Of a stretch of DNA of 59,372 bases, positions 18,279 through 27,378 are shown piece by piece. The notes below the pieces were generated by a model. The model was not told where the DNA came from and searched no databases. It saw only the letters and a program-made list of their open reading frames with translations. The stretch's first letter is position 1, and each line of letters starts with the position of its first letter. The translations under genes were made by a program, and so were the position numbers. The stretch comes from an uncultured Candidatus Bathyarchaeia archaeon (GTDB lineage: Archaea > Thermoproteota > Bathyarchaeia > TCS64 > B23): assembly GCA_964525955.1 (NCBI GenBank), contig CAZGKJ010000002.1, positions 1 to 59,372 of the forward strand, in the 5' to 3' direction.

Positions 18279-20192
18279 TTAATCCTTGAGGTGTTTATCG
18301 AACCATTTCAGCATCTGTTTTAGGCGTTCCTTCCTTATGCTCGGCTTTGCTAAGCTGCGGAAGACGTGGCTCCCCTCCATGAACAACACCAGTCTGGTCT
18401 CCTTTCCCAGGGCTTTGAGAGCTGTGTATAGGCCTATGGATTGGTCTATCCAGCATCTGTAGTCGTGGAGGCTGTGCACGAACATCGTGGGCGTCTCCAC
18501 GTTGGGTGCATAGGTGATCGGGGACTTCTCCCTGTAGGCCTCCTCGTTGCTCCAGGGTGTGCCCCCAATCTGGTCTGGGGCGAAGTAGAATCCTATGTCC
18601 GTCGTCCAGTAGAAGCTTCTCCAATCTGCTATGCCATTCTGGCTTATGGCCGCCCTGAAACGGTCTGTATGGGTGACTATCCAGTTTGTCATGTAGCCTC
18701 CGTAGGATAGGCCTGTCACCCCGAGGCGTTTGGGGTCTATGAAGTCGTAGTGCTTGAGGACGTGGTCTACGGCTTCCATGAGGTCTTGGTAGTCCCTCGT
18801 CCCGTATCGGCCTCTGATGTCTGCGAACTCCTCGCTGTATCCGTCGCTCCCCCGGGGGTTTGTGTAGAGGACGACGTATCCCCTGGCCGCATAGAGTTGA
18901 TGCTCGAACATGAAGCTGTATCCATACTTGCTCTTCGGGCCGCCGTGGATGTCTATGATCATTGGATAGCGCTTACCCTCCTCATAGTCGATGGGTTTGA
19001 GCATCCATCCCTCGATGGCTGCGCCGTCGGAGGCCTTGAACTCTATGCGTTGAGGGGTGCTTAGCTTCAGCTCTCTGAGGAGGGGGTCGTTGAAGCTGGT
19101 TAGGGCCCTATGTTCCCCAGCCTCCCAGACCCATAGCTCCCCCGGTGTGGTGGCCGTCACCTTTATGTATGCGACCACTCCGCTGGAGGCGGAGTATTCA
19201 TCGACGGATAGGTCTCCCTCGACTATGGCCTCCGGCTGGCCGTCTGGCTTCATCCGATATAGGTTGTGTCGCCCCCCTTCTGAGAGGGTGAAGTAGAGGT
19301 ATCCGCCGTCTTGGATGACTCCTGGATATGTTGCGTAGGGGCTTCTCATGTCATAGTATATTCGTCTGGAGCATCCCCTGTCGAGGTGTCCTGTTAGGTT
19401 TATGGGCTCTCCATCATCGGGGTCTATGATCCAGAGGGTGTTATGCGACGAGTATCCCCTATGGAGGTCGTTTCCGATGAAGGCAACTTGGCCGTCGATC
19501 CAGCAGAGTGATTCTATGTAGAATCCCCTCAGGAGCTCCCGATGCTCCCCAGACTCGATGTCCAAGACCTTTAAGCCCATCTTCCTGGGGTCGAGTTCAT
19601 CGATGGAAGAAGCATAGGCAACCCTACGGCCGTCTGGGGAGGGGGCGTGGCAGACGACGTTGAACTCCCCTGGAGTTAGAGGCCTAACCATCCCCGTATA
19701 GGCGTCGACGATGTGGAGCTGTCTGCGTAGATGGTGGATGAAGCCTACGGCGTCAAACCATAATGGTATTCGGTCGATGACCCTTACACGCTCATCGCAT
19801 TCACCTACCCTGGTCAGGAACCCTATATGGCGATCATCGATCCATAGGGGCTGCTCCACCCCACCTTTGAAGACTGCTATAAGACGCCTTGAGGCTCCAG
19901 CCTCATCGCACATCCATAGGGCTACGCCTCCACCCTCGACGCCCTTATCGGAGAGATAGAGGAGGCTTCGACCACCCCTCGACCACCTTGGATGGTGGCA
20001 TCGCCCATCCTCCACGACGCCGATCTCCTCTCCATCCTCGGAGTCCACGATCCAGATGGAGGCCCTATAATCATCCTTCCCATCATCAACCCTCGTGACC
20101 ACATAGGCTATGGAGTCCCCCTCAGGGGAGACCTGGGGATCGGAGACTATGATAAACCTGGATAGGTCTTCGATCTCTAAGGCTCTCGGCAT
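18279..20192 (-). CDS. S9 family serine peptidase (acylaminoacyl-peptidase/prolyl oligopeptidase type)
   Basis: An N-terminal beta-propeller-like region is followed by an alpha/beta hydrolase with nucleophile elbow GLSYGGYM. Length is 637 aa. Confidence 0.9.
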   Translation of the reverse strand: MPRALEIEDLSRFIIVSDPQVSPEGDSIAYVVTRVDDGKDDYRASIWIVDSEDGEEIGVVEDGRCHHPRWSRGGRSLLYLSDKGVEGGGVALWMCDEAGASRRLIAVFKGGVEQPLWIDDRHIGFLTRVGECDERVRVIDRIPLWFDAVGFIHHLRRQLHIVDAYTGMVRPLTPGEFNVVCHAPSPDGRRVAYASSIDELDPRKMGLKVLDIESGEHRELLRGFYIESLCWIDGQVAFIGNDLHRGYSSHNTLWIIDPDDGEPINLTGHLDRGCSRRIYYDMRSPYATYPGVIQDGGYLYFTLSEGGRHNLYRMKPDGQPEAIVEGDLSVDEYSASSGVVAYIKVTATTPGELWVWEAGEHRALTSFNDPLLRELKLSTPQRIEFKASDGAAIEGWMLKPIDYEEGKRYPMIIDIHGGPKSKYGYSFMFEHQLYAARGYVVLYTNPRGSDGYSEEFADIRGRYGTRDYQDLMEAVDHVLKHYDFIDPKRLGVTGLSYGGYMTNWIVTHTDRFRAAISQNGIADWRSFYWTTDIGFYFAPDQIGGTPWSNEEAYREKSPITYAPNVETPTMFVHSLHDYRCWIDQSIGLYTALKALGKETRLVLFMEGSHVFRSLAKPSIRKERLKQMLKWFDKHLKD

Positions 20193-20233
20193 AATGGCTC
20201 CCTATGGCTAAGCCTCATGGAGATGTTATAAGG

Positions 20234-21037
20234 TTATGTGGTTGATCCCTTCGGCTGGAGCTCGAATTCGCAGTAGGGGTCTCCCATAGCTATGCACTTA
20301 ACCTCCCTGGCGGTCATCTCCCTCTTGAAGAATTCTGAAGCTATACCCGTTATGAGGCCTCTAATATACTGGCTGAAGGGATGCCCAGCTCCACGGCCAA
20401 GCTCGCACTCTATGGAGTTATATACTCTAACCCTCGCCCTTGGAGGGTTCTCCTGGAGCTCCATGAACTCTATTATGCCGTAGCCGAGGGCCTTCAGGGC
20501 CCTCGCAACGGTCTCCAACCCCTTATCAAGGCTCTTGATGCCCAGCCTCTGAGCCGACATAGCTGCGTGGCGCCCCCTGCTCCGACCTGCCTCGAGGCCG
20601 AGGTGGTATAGCATCGCCTCACCTCCACTGCCGAGGCGCTCCCTGAAGGAGACGAATATGCCTCGGAGCATCCCATTGTCGAGGATTAGTGCCCTCCTTC
20701 GACCGAGCATTATCGGGAATGTGGCGTCGTCGATGAGGAAGCCGTCGACGACCGGCTCTATGAGGATGACATCCTCCACGAAGTCGAGGGCCTTAAGCTC
20801 CTCGGCGATGGCTTGAGGAGTCACATCGGAGTCTGTGAAGTCTATGAGGAATATGATGCCTCCACGCTCACCCGCCTCGACGGCGATGGCTGTGGAATAC
20901 AATATGTCTAAACCCCTCTCAGCCATAATCGATGAGATCGATGCCAAAACGCCAGGCTTTGAGAATGCCTCAACAGTTATGCCGTAGAGCCTACGACCTG
21001 GACGATATATGAACCTCTGAACCTGGAATGGAATCAT
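20234..21037 (-). CDS. ACT domain plus V4R (4-vinyl reductase) domain protein, probable small-molecule sensor
   Basis: The N-terminal FSKPGVLASISSIMAERGLDI is ACT-like. The C-terminal CIAMGDPYCEFEL is typical of V4R domains. Confidence 0.6.
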   Translation of the reverse strand: MIPFQVQRFIYRPGRRLYGITVEAFSKPGVLASISSIMAERGLDILYSTAIAVEAGERGGIIFLIDFTDSDVTPQAIAEELKALDFVEDVILIEPVVDGFLIDDATFPIMLGRRRALILDNGMLRGIFVSFRERLGSGGEAMLYHLGLEAGRSRGRHAAMSAQRLGIKSLDKGLETVARALKALGYGIIEFMELQENPPRARVRVYNSIECELGRGAGHPFSQYIRGLITGIASEFFKREMTAREVKCIAMGDPYCEFELQPKGSTT

Positions 21038-21310
21038 ATCATGATTTTCTCTGGGGCGTCTTTAATCTTTTATGGATTGCTGCGGTGAGGGGAAAGAAGG
21101 GATATTGATAAGCCATTAAGGAACTAATGCGAGGTTTTCCTCTTTAAAATAAGAGGAACTTCTGATGAGCAATAGCTACTCGATTTACTCCAATGATCGG
21201 AGAGGTCGGTATAGAAGGTTCCACTAAAATTTAGGCAAAAATTGGAGTTAATCTTTAATAATTTCACAAGTTTTCTTATAATACGTACATTTCCTAAATC
21301 ACGTGAAAAT

Positions 21311-21318
21311 TTATAAAT
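21311..21318 (+). promoter_or_regulatory. TATA box candidate for the island operon
   Basis: ttataaat lies about 27-34 nt upstream of the ATG at 21345, consistent with a leaderless or short-leader archaeal transcript. Confidence 0.45.
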
Positions 21319-21344
21319 CAGCGCTGTATTAAATTTTGTATAGG

Positions 21345-21740
21345 ATGTCAGTAAGGGAAATCTACGAGGAGTTGCTTATAGATAAAACTAAAAGAGCAAA
21401 GGCGCTGGTTGAAAAAGCAAAGGGAATCCTAGGAATAGATAAGGATACTGGTGAACCATTAATTCTTGTATCTAGATCAAAATTAACAGACAGACTTTTA
21501 ATATCATTATACTTATGTGGTAAATATTTTGCATCGGAATTGGGATTGGTAGAAAGCCCATCTGCTACATTAGAAGAACTATCTAAAAAATTGGGTATTT
21601 CAAAAGCCGTTATTTCTGCTAGAATAACAGAACTTAAAAGAGAGGGAAAAATAAGAATGATAAATAGAGGAGAATATGCGGTTATATTTTCTATGATTGG
21701 ATCTATTTTAGATGAGGCTCGTGAGAAAATAGGTGATTAA
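21345..21740 (+). CDS. winged-helix DNA-binding protein
   Basis: The C-terminal TLEELSKKLGISKAVISARITELKREGKIRMINRGEYAV is wHTH-like. The ATG at 21345 is preferred over the TTG at 21336. Confidence 0.6.
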   Translation: MSVREIYEELLIDKTKRAKALVEKAKGILGIDKDTGEPLILVSRSKLTDRLLISLYLCGKYFASELGLVESPSATLEELSKKLGISKAVISARITELKREGKIRMINRGEYAVIFSMIGSILDEAREKIGD

Positions 21741-21741
21741 A

Positions 21742-21870
21742 ATGAATGACAATAAAATTGTTACTTTTAAAATAAAGGGAGACACTTACGAGTTAGAAAT
21801 TAAAGGAACTTTATCTGAATTGACGTCTGAAATAGATAACATAATTTTCTTTCTAAAAAAAATTAAATGA
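21742..21870 (+). CDS. 42-codon ORF, probably the N-terminal part of the following wHTH gene (break at an A8 run)
   Basis: The ATG lies 2 nt after the previous stop. The product is MNDNKIVTFKIKGDTYELEIKG... Removing one A at 21855-21862 fuses it in frame to 21893..22195, which itself lacks an ATG start. Confidence 0.4.
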   Translation: MNDNKIVTFKIKGDTYELEIKGTLSELTSEIDNIIFFLKKIK

Positions 21871-21892
21871 AAAATTACAATCATCTGGCATA

Positions 21893-22195
21893 TTGGAGGA
21901 GATTTCACCTGAGGAAATACCAACAGTAGAAGAAATAGAAGAAGCCCCAACAGAGGAAATTCCAGTAATAAGGCCCTCTAGAAGTACGATGGAGAATATA
22001 ATGGCACTTTTTGAACAAGATTGGGGCAAAAAACCAAGATCAGTGGCTGAGGTTATGAAAGCTCTTGAGGTTAATGCAGTACCGGACCATCCTGCAGCTG
22101 TTTCAACATATCTACGTAGATTAGTTAAAAGGGGATTTTTAAGAAGAATAAAGAAAGATAATTTATGGCATTATTATAAACTTCCAAGCACTTAA
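21893..22195 (+). CDS. winged-helix DNA-binding protein with acidic EEI-repeat linker
   Basis: The C-terminal SVAEVMKALEV...AAVSTYLRRLVKRGFLRRIKKDNLWHYYKL is wHTH-like. Only a TTG start is available. Confidence 0.6.
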   Translation: MEEISPEEIPTVEEIEEAPTEEIPVIRPSRSTMENIMALFEQDWGKKPRSVAEVMKALEVNAVPDHPAAVSTYLRRLVKRGFLRRIKKDNLWHYYKLPST

Positions 22196-22196
22196 G

Positions 22197-22793
22197 GTGG
22201 CTAGTTTGACGGGGCATTTAGCTCCGTATATCGGTAGCTCTGCTGAAAGAGACGTTAAAAAATTATTAGAAGCCTTAGGATACTCAATATTGCGAGAGAA
22301 TGTGATACATCCTAACATAGATAAGGTTATTAAATTTATTGGTATACCTAAACCTGAGCCACAAAACCAATGTTTTTTACAAAAACCAATTTTTTCTCCT
22401 CCATCTGAAGATATAATCGCAGTAAGTATAAAACAAAGAGATATAAGAATATCTGATATAAAGCAGCTTCTAGAAGATATTGAAGAAGCGAAATTATGTG
22501 AAGACCCAACGTTGCATAATATAAGTTCTGGTCTTATCATCACAAATTTTACTAAATTACCAAGTGAGATCAATCGTTATTTTGAAATGGGAATTTATTG
22601 TTGGGATTTACGTAGATTATTTTTTTACGCTTCTAAGATTAATAGACTGAGACATATGTCCTCTATAGGGCCTGTTAGAGAATTTATAATAGATTCACCA
22701 TCATTAAATATAAAAGCATCATATCTTAGATTATTGAACCCATCATATGAATCTAAAAAACACAATCGTGGGAAAATTCGTAATTTTTATTGA
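22197..22793 (+). CDS. Mrr-like restriction endonuclease (PD-(D/E)xK) domain protein
   Basis: AERDVKKLLEALGYSI, then DIIAVSIKQRD and then GLIITNFTKLP...IYCWDLRRLF follow the Mrr_cat order of motifs. A GTG start lies 1 nt after the previous stop. Confidence 0.55.
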   Translation: MASLTGHLAPYIGSSAERDVKKLLEALGYSILRENVIHPNIDKVIKFIGIPKPEPQNQCFLQKPIFSPPSEDIIAVSIKQRDIRISDIKQLLEDIEEAKLCEDPTLHNISSGLIITNFTKLPSEINRYFEMGIYCWDLRRLFFYASKINRLRHMSSIGPVREFIIDSPSLNIKASYLRLLNPSYESKKHNRGKIRNFY

Positions 22794-23079
22794 TGAGCAT
22801 GATAGCGAATTTATTTATAGTGCTGATCACCATACAGAAGTATTAGAATATATTTATAGTAAAGAGATAAAACCTATGATAGAACAAAGAGACTTCAATG
22901 TATATTCACAATTTGAGGTGCATGTATTAGGAAAAGCTGCACCAGAATTAATAAGAAACTCTTATATAGAGTTCTCTAGGAGGTACTTACGCTCCAATGA
23001 AAAAGGAATAGGAGCGCTATTTGCTGCGGATATTCCAATATATCAATATGGGGTATCTCCTTGGAGCATTTTAATTTAA
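22747..23079 (+). CDS. hypothetical protein, possibly the C-terminal continuation of 22197..22793 (break at an A6 run)
   Basis: The overlap is 47 nt. Deleting one A at 22755-22760 joins ...NPSYESK to NTIVGKFVIFIDEHD in frame. Confidence 0.45.
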   Translation: MNLKNTIVGKFVIFIDEHDSEFIYSADHHTEVLEYIYSKEIKPMIEQRDFNVYSQFEVHVLGKAAPELIRNSYIEFSRRYLRSNEKGIGALFAADIPIYQYGVSPWSILI

Positions 23080-23080
23080 T

Positions 23081-24160
23081 CTAAATTTTTATCTCTCCAT
23101 AATCTGCTTGGCAAGGTGGCCCTTTTGTTATGTGCATCCTCTTCTCATCGAGGTCCATGATGATTGAGGCGAGGGTTGCACCCCTGAAGTCCTCAGGCTC
23201 CTCTGGGTCTGGATGGCAGCAGACGGAGTGGGGCTTACCATAGTGGTCTCGGAGGATTTCCATCACGCTCTGAACAGTTATCTCACCCCACTCGGCTTCC
23301 AAGGCGGTCTTAACCCTATAGAGTCTGTAGATGGAGTCTGGGTATCGCCTTACGAAGATATCCCTCACCTTCAGGGCTCTCGGCCCTATGAGGTGGTTTG
23401 TATGCGCCAGCAACCCCTCCCTCGGGGTGAGTATGGAGACATCCAGCGGCGTGGCCTCGAGGTCGACGGCGAATCCCCCAGCCTGGGTGAGGAGGACGTT
23501 ATATGAAACCGATCTCGATGCATTTAGGAAGACCTTCATCGCCTCGGAGATTCTTCTGCATCGGAGCATCTCACGGCAGACGATCCAGAATGGTGGATTG
23601 GCCTCGAAGTGATCCTGGTCTGAGACGAGGGCATTGACGACGATGCCCAAACCCTCGGAGTTGAAGCCCTTTTGGCCGATTATTCCGGCCTCAGTATGCA
23701 TCAGTATCCTGGGCCTCCCCTCCTCCTCCACGTCGAGGAGTATGCATCCATCCTGGACGCCGAGTAGGTAATCCCAATTCTGAGCCAGCAGCGTATGGCC
23801 ATCCGCCGAGGCCTCTGGGAGAACCGCAAGAGATGTGCACTGAGGCCTCATCTCGGACCAGACAACCTCATATCGACCATTTATGGCGGCCAAAAGCTCC
23901 AGGGGGACATCAGCCCCCTCAGCGACTCCACGGAGCTCCTCTAGGAGATCGGGGGAGAACTCCCCTATGGCTTTTAGAATCTCGGCTCCACGCTCAGCGA
24001 TCCTCTCACGGCTTAGGCCAAGGTTCCTACCCCAGAGATCGACGTAATACTCGACGTTCCTCCTAACCAACTCACGGGCCTTCTCGCCGTGTTGAACCCC
24101 ACAGCTATAGGGGTCTCCCTCAACCCTGATCAATGGGAATGGAGTCTCCAAAGGTTTCAC
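23081..24160 (-). CDS. peptidase C45 family (acyl-CoA:6-aminopenicillanic acid acyltransferase-like) Ntn hydrolase
   Basis: C45-like layout with the candidate self-processing nucleophile in RPQCTSLAV and downstream NWDY and HTNH blocks. Confidence 0.75.
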   Translation of the reverse strand: MKPLETPFPLIRVEGDPYSCGVQHGEKARELVRRNVEYYVDLWGRNLGLSRERIAERGAEILKAIGEFSPDLLEELRGVAEGADVPLELLAAINGRYEVVWSEMRPQCTSLAVLPEASADGHTLLAQNWDYLLGVQDGCILLDVEEEGRPRILMHTEAGIIGQKGFNSEGLGIVVNALVSDQDHFEANPPFWIVCREMLRCRRISEAMKVFLNASRSVSYNVLLTQAGGFAVDLEATPLDVSILTPREGLLAHTNHLIGPRALKVRDIFVRRYPDSIYRLYRVKTALEAEWGEITVQSVMEILRDHYGKPHSVCCHPDPEEPEDFRGATLASIIMDLDEKRMHITKGPPCQADYGEIKI

Positions 24161-24451
24161 CGATAGATGATTCCCCCCACCGGTTAAAGCGTTGTCATCA
24201 CCGTTAGCCCCGCAGGTTATAGGGCTGTGCTCTCAAAGGGTTGAGGCTCCCTGGTGGTCGCATCACCGAAGGAGCTGGCGGAGGAGAAGCGCATCGGAGG
24301 GGACATATAGACGCCTACGCCTGGATGAGTATCTAAGGGAAGCGGGGCTACGATCCACATGCTCCGTTAGGGTCTCCGCCGACAAGTCCATAAGCGATGT
24401 TGAGAGACCCATCGGAACTCACCCTCCACTGGAAATATCAATTTGCCCACA

Positions 24452-27229
24452 TTAGGGAGGGACTTTATGGCGGCTATAATATTCCTCCTCGATGGGGCTG
24501 ACGTACATCGAATAGAGGAGGCTGGGCCTCCTCCAGGCGATGATGGCGAGGGCTATCAGGGAGATGAGGCTGATGAGGTATCCAGCCTTCTCTGGGAGGG
24601 AGAGGTCATAGATTAAAATCACATCGGCGGGGGGATCAAACTCCGGAAGGGGGATATACATCATCCCTGGACCAGCCATGTAAATTTTAAGATTGGTTTT
24701 ATGGCTGCCCTCGACGAGGATGGCATGCCACTGCTTGAAATAGCATTCTTTAAATAATATTCCATCCGCTATCTCATTGAGTTTTATAATTCTCCTCTGA
24801 GGATTTATAAATTGATAATCATAATCTAATTCATCATTCTTTTCTATCCCCTTAAGCCACCTCAGTATTCTAACTATAAATTTAGCCTCCTCCGAATTTC
24901 TGAAGCTTTTGGTGTGGTAGAAGAGGTTCATACCAGACCAGACGACCCTCCCCCTTCCATACTCCCCAGCTACGATGATCGGCTTACCCTGCGCACAGAT
25001 TATCGGCGCCGCCCACTCAGCAGTCTCAATGGTGGAGGAGACACCCCAGCCGAACTCCCCATAGCGAGGAGGTGAAAAGAGTGTGAAGTTCACTCCATCA
25101 GAAATGGGATGGGGGGAAACCTCAAACAACCAATCCTCCATTATGGATGAGGTATGCGTCTCCCTCACCGGAAACGGATCCGGAAGGGCTTCAGCTGCGA
25201 AATCTGGGGAGCCGTTGGCCTCTAAAAATAGGCAGCCCCCCTCATAGACATAAGCCGAGAGGAGCTCAGCCATCCGTTTGAGACTTTTATACTTATATCC
25301 ATAGAGGATTAAGAGGGGGAACTCCCTCAACTCCTTTAAGGTATAAGAATCTACAAGTTCCCTACCTAGAAGAGGTATGACGTAATCGCTTCCCAGACCT
25401 GTGATGCTTAGAGCTCTTAGGAAAACATCATACTTCTCCCTCGAACCGATAAAGAGGATGGGAGTTGTTTTAGTTGAATAAGCGATCCTAGAATAATTCA
25501 AATATTCAAATACACACCACACCCCCCTCTTCAAAGTCAAATTATAAGGCCCCCCATCAAATAATCCACATTCATTCCCTTCAGAAACAATCCATCTAAT
25601 TGCATACCAATCCAATAAGAAGTAAGCTTCATAAGTTTTAGGACGAACCCAAACCGTTTTCTCAAACCAGCTTTTCCAATAAGCATATGGAACACCCTGA
25701 TCATAATAATCCCTAGACTGTGGAACATCAAAATAATAATTAAACCATATAGCTATACTAGCATTCTTAATCCCAATCCTATATTGAACATCATTTCCTA
25801 TATTAAGACCTTCAGCTAAATAAGGCTTAAAATTCAACCCACCCCTTAACCTTATTTTCATTATGTTAAACCCTATTATTGGAGTCTCCAATATAAATCC
25901 AATTGTAATACATAATAGTAAAATGAATATTTTGATAGCTCTTTTTAAATCTTTATTAATTTTGACATTTTTAAATAATATGTTTAGAGAAAAGACTACA
26001 TATAAGCTGACACCTAAAATTGAGATACTATTTGGATGTTCCGGCCCAAATCCTGAAATATATAGGTTTCTTGGATAAAATTTGATATATCCCATATAGC
26101 TGTATATTAGAAGTATTATAAAGTATATGAGGGATGATATATTCCAAGCTTTTAAATTTTTATCCGAAGTTTTTCCTAAATATTTTATATTTAATATCGT
26201 TAGTATTATGAACATAGGAAATATTATGCAGAAGAGATCTAAGTGAGATGGCGTATATATTAGATATGATAATTTAGCTGGATCATAATTTACTCCTCCA
26301 ATTAACATTTTGCTTGCTCTATTTGGATTTGAAAATAGGAATTGCATAATGTATAGCATATTTAGAGGAAATATTATTAAAATTAATTTGAATATGTTTA
26401 ATAATGAATGTAGAAGGGATTTTCCTTTGAATATTAAAACTCCAAATATTAATGCTAATGCGGTTAAACCTCCTATTATATGTGTTAATATGCTTAAAGT
26501 TAATGATATTGGGAAAAGATATAGAGCTAATCGATTTATTCGCTTTTTATTATATATTAAGTTGAATAGATAGAGGGATAGACCAGCAAAGCCTAGTGAT
26601 AATACTCTAGCATATGTTCCAACTACGAACCAAAATACCCAGAAGGCTGGGGTGAATATTATTAACATTGGTCCCATCATCGTTAGGATTTCATCTTTCG
26701 TTACATCATATATTAGGGCTGATATGCTTACCATGAGAAGTATTATTGATGCTGTTGATAATATGTTTATTGAGTATTCCACTGGTATGTTGAATAGTTT
26801 GGAGGTTAAGGCTATCATAAAGTAAGATAATGGTGGGTAGGTTCCGCCAAAAATGGGGACTCCAAAGTCCCATTGATAATTCCACCAAAAGTTAGGGAAG
26901 TATTTAAGTATGTATTTTGCTTTGTAGATATGAGCATAGGCATCGCATCCTCTTGGAAAGGCTATTATTGGAGATGTTCCAACTATGAAGATAAAAGTGA
27001 AAACTGCTACAGCAGTATATATTACTAGGGATCGATATGCCCCTATTTTAGATGGCTTCGATACCGTCCTCACCTTCACCCCCCGGCGACTCTTGAAGAG
27101 TTGTAGTAAATCCTTAAGATCCCCCAATGATATTCCAGATCTATAGGCCATCTCTACGTGTCTGAAGCCGGTGTCATAGTCTCCGGCGTCGTAGTAGGCC
27201 CAGGCTAATGCGTAGTGGGCCTCACCCAT
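24452..27229 (-). CDS. large polytopic membrane protein with N-terminal TPR-like fragment and C-terminal soluble domain (GT-C-like glycosyltransferase is a guess)
   Basis: A 925-aa uninterrupted ORF. EAHYALAWAYYDAGDYDTGF is TPR-like, followed by more than 12 hydrophobic helices and then a soluble region of about 350 aa. No WWDYG motif was seen. Confidence 0.6.
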   Translation of the reverse strand: MGEAHYALAWAYYDAGDYDTGFRHVEMAYRSGISLGDLKDLLQLFKSRRGVKVRTVSKPSKIGAYRSLVIYTAVAVFTFIFIVGTSPIIAFPRGCDAYAHIYKAKYILKYFPNFWWNYQWDFGVPIFGGTYPPLSYFMIALTSKLFNIPVEYSINILSTASIILLMVSISALIYDVTKDEILTMMGPMLIIFTPAFWVFWFVVGTYARVLSLGFAGLSLYLFNLIYNKKRINRLALYLFPISLTLSILTHIIGGLTALALIFGVLIFKGKSLLHSLLNIFKLILIIFPLNMLYIMQFLFSNPNRASKMLIGGVNYDPAKLSYLIYTPSHLDLFCIIFPMFIILTILNIKYLGKTSDKNLKAWNISSLIYFIILLIYSYMGYIKFYPRNLYISGFGPEHPNSISILGVSLYVVFSLNILFKNVKINKDLKRAIKIFILLLCITIGFILETPIIGFNIMKIRLRGGLNFKPYLAEGLNIGNDVQYRIGIKNASIAIWFNYYFDVPQSRDYYDQGVPYAYWKSWFEKTVWVRPKTYEAYFLLDWYAIRWIVSEGNECGLFDGGPYNLTLKRGVWCVFEYLNYSRIAYSTKTTPILFIGSREKYDVFLRALSITGLGSDYVIPLLGRELVDSYTLKELREFPLLILYGYKYKSLKRMAELLSAYVYEGGCLFLEANGSPDFAAEALPDPFPVRETHTSSIMEDWLFEVSPHPISDGVNFTLFSPPRYGEFGWGVSSTIETAEWAAPIICAQGKPIIVAGEYGRGRVVWSGMNLFYHTKSFRNSEEAKFIVRILRWLKGIEKNDELDYDYQFINPQRRIIKLNEIADGILFKECYFKQWHAILVEGSHKTNLKIYMAGPGMMYIPLPEFDPPADVILIYDLSLPEKAGYLISLISLIALAIIAWRRPSLLYSMYVSPIEEEYYSRHKVPP

Positions 27230-27378
27230 ATGGGGGTCGATTTCGAGACATCGCCTCCCTCATCAAATGGAGTCTGTCGCCGCTGAGAACGAGGCCCTAC
27301 AGGAGGCCCTAAGAACTCACTTCGAGAGGTTGTTGGTTTCGGCTGGAGGCGGCGTTTTGAAGCCGGTGATGAGTTGCT

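Larger units (their letters stand above)
21040..23080. other. AT-rich island (compositionally foreign) carrying a compact plus-strand operon
   Basis: The switch from GC-rich flanks to AT-rich sequence is abrupt and visible by eye. Gene junctions are 1-2 nt. Confidence 0.6.

Noticed and set aside
21160-21215. Possible C/D box sRNA: a tgatga C-box-like element followed by tgatcg
   Set aside because: There are no CUGA D or D' boxes at the required ~12-nt spacing and no terminal stem. The match to the C box alone is expected by chance in AT-rich sequence.
24192-24455. 87-aa ORF in the GC-rich gap
   Set aside because: It has an Arg/Ser/Pro-rich low-complexity translation, no recognisable motif and no plausible start context. 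I treated it as non-coding; the gap itself is reported as a finding.
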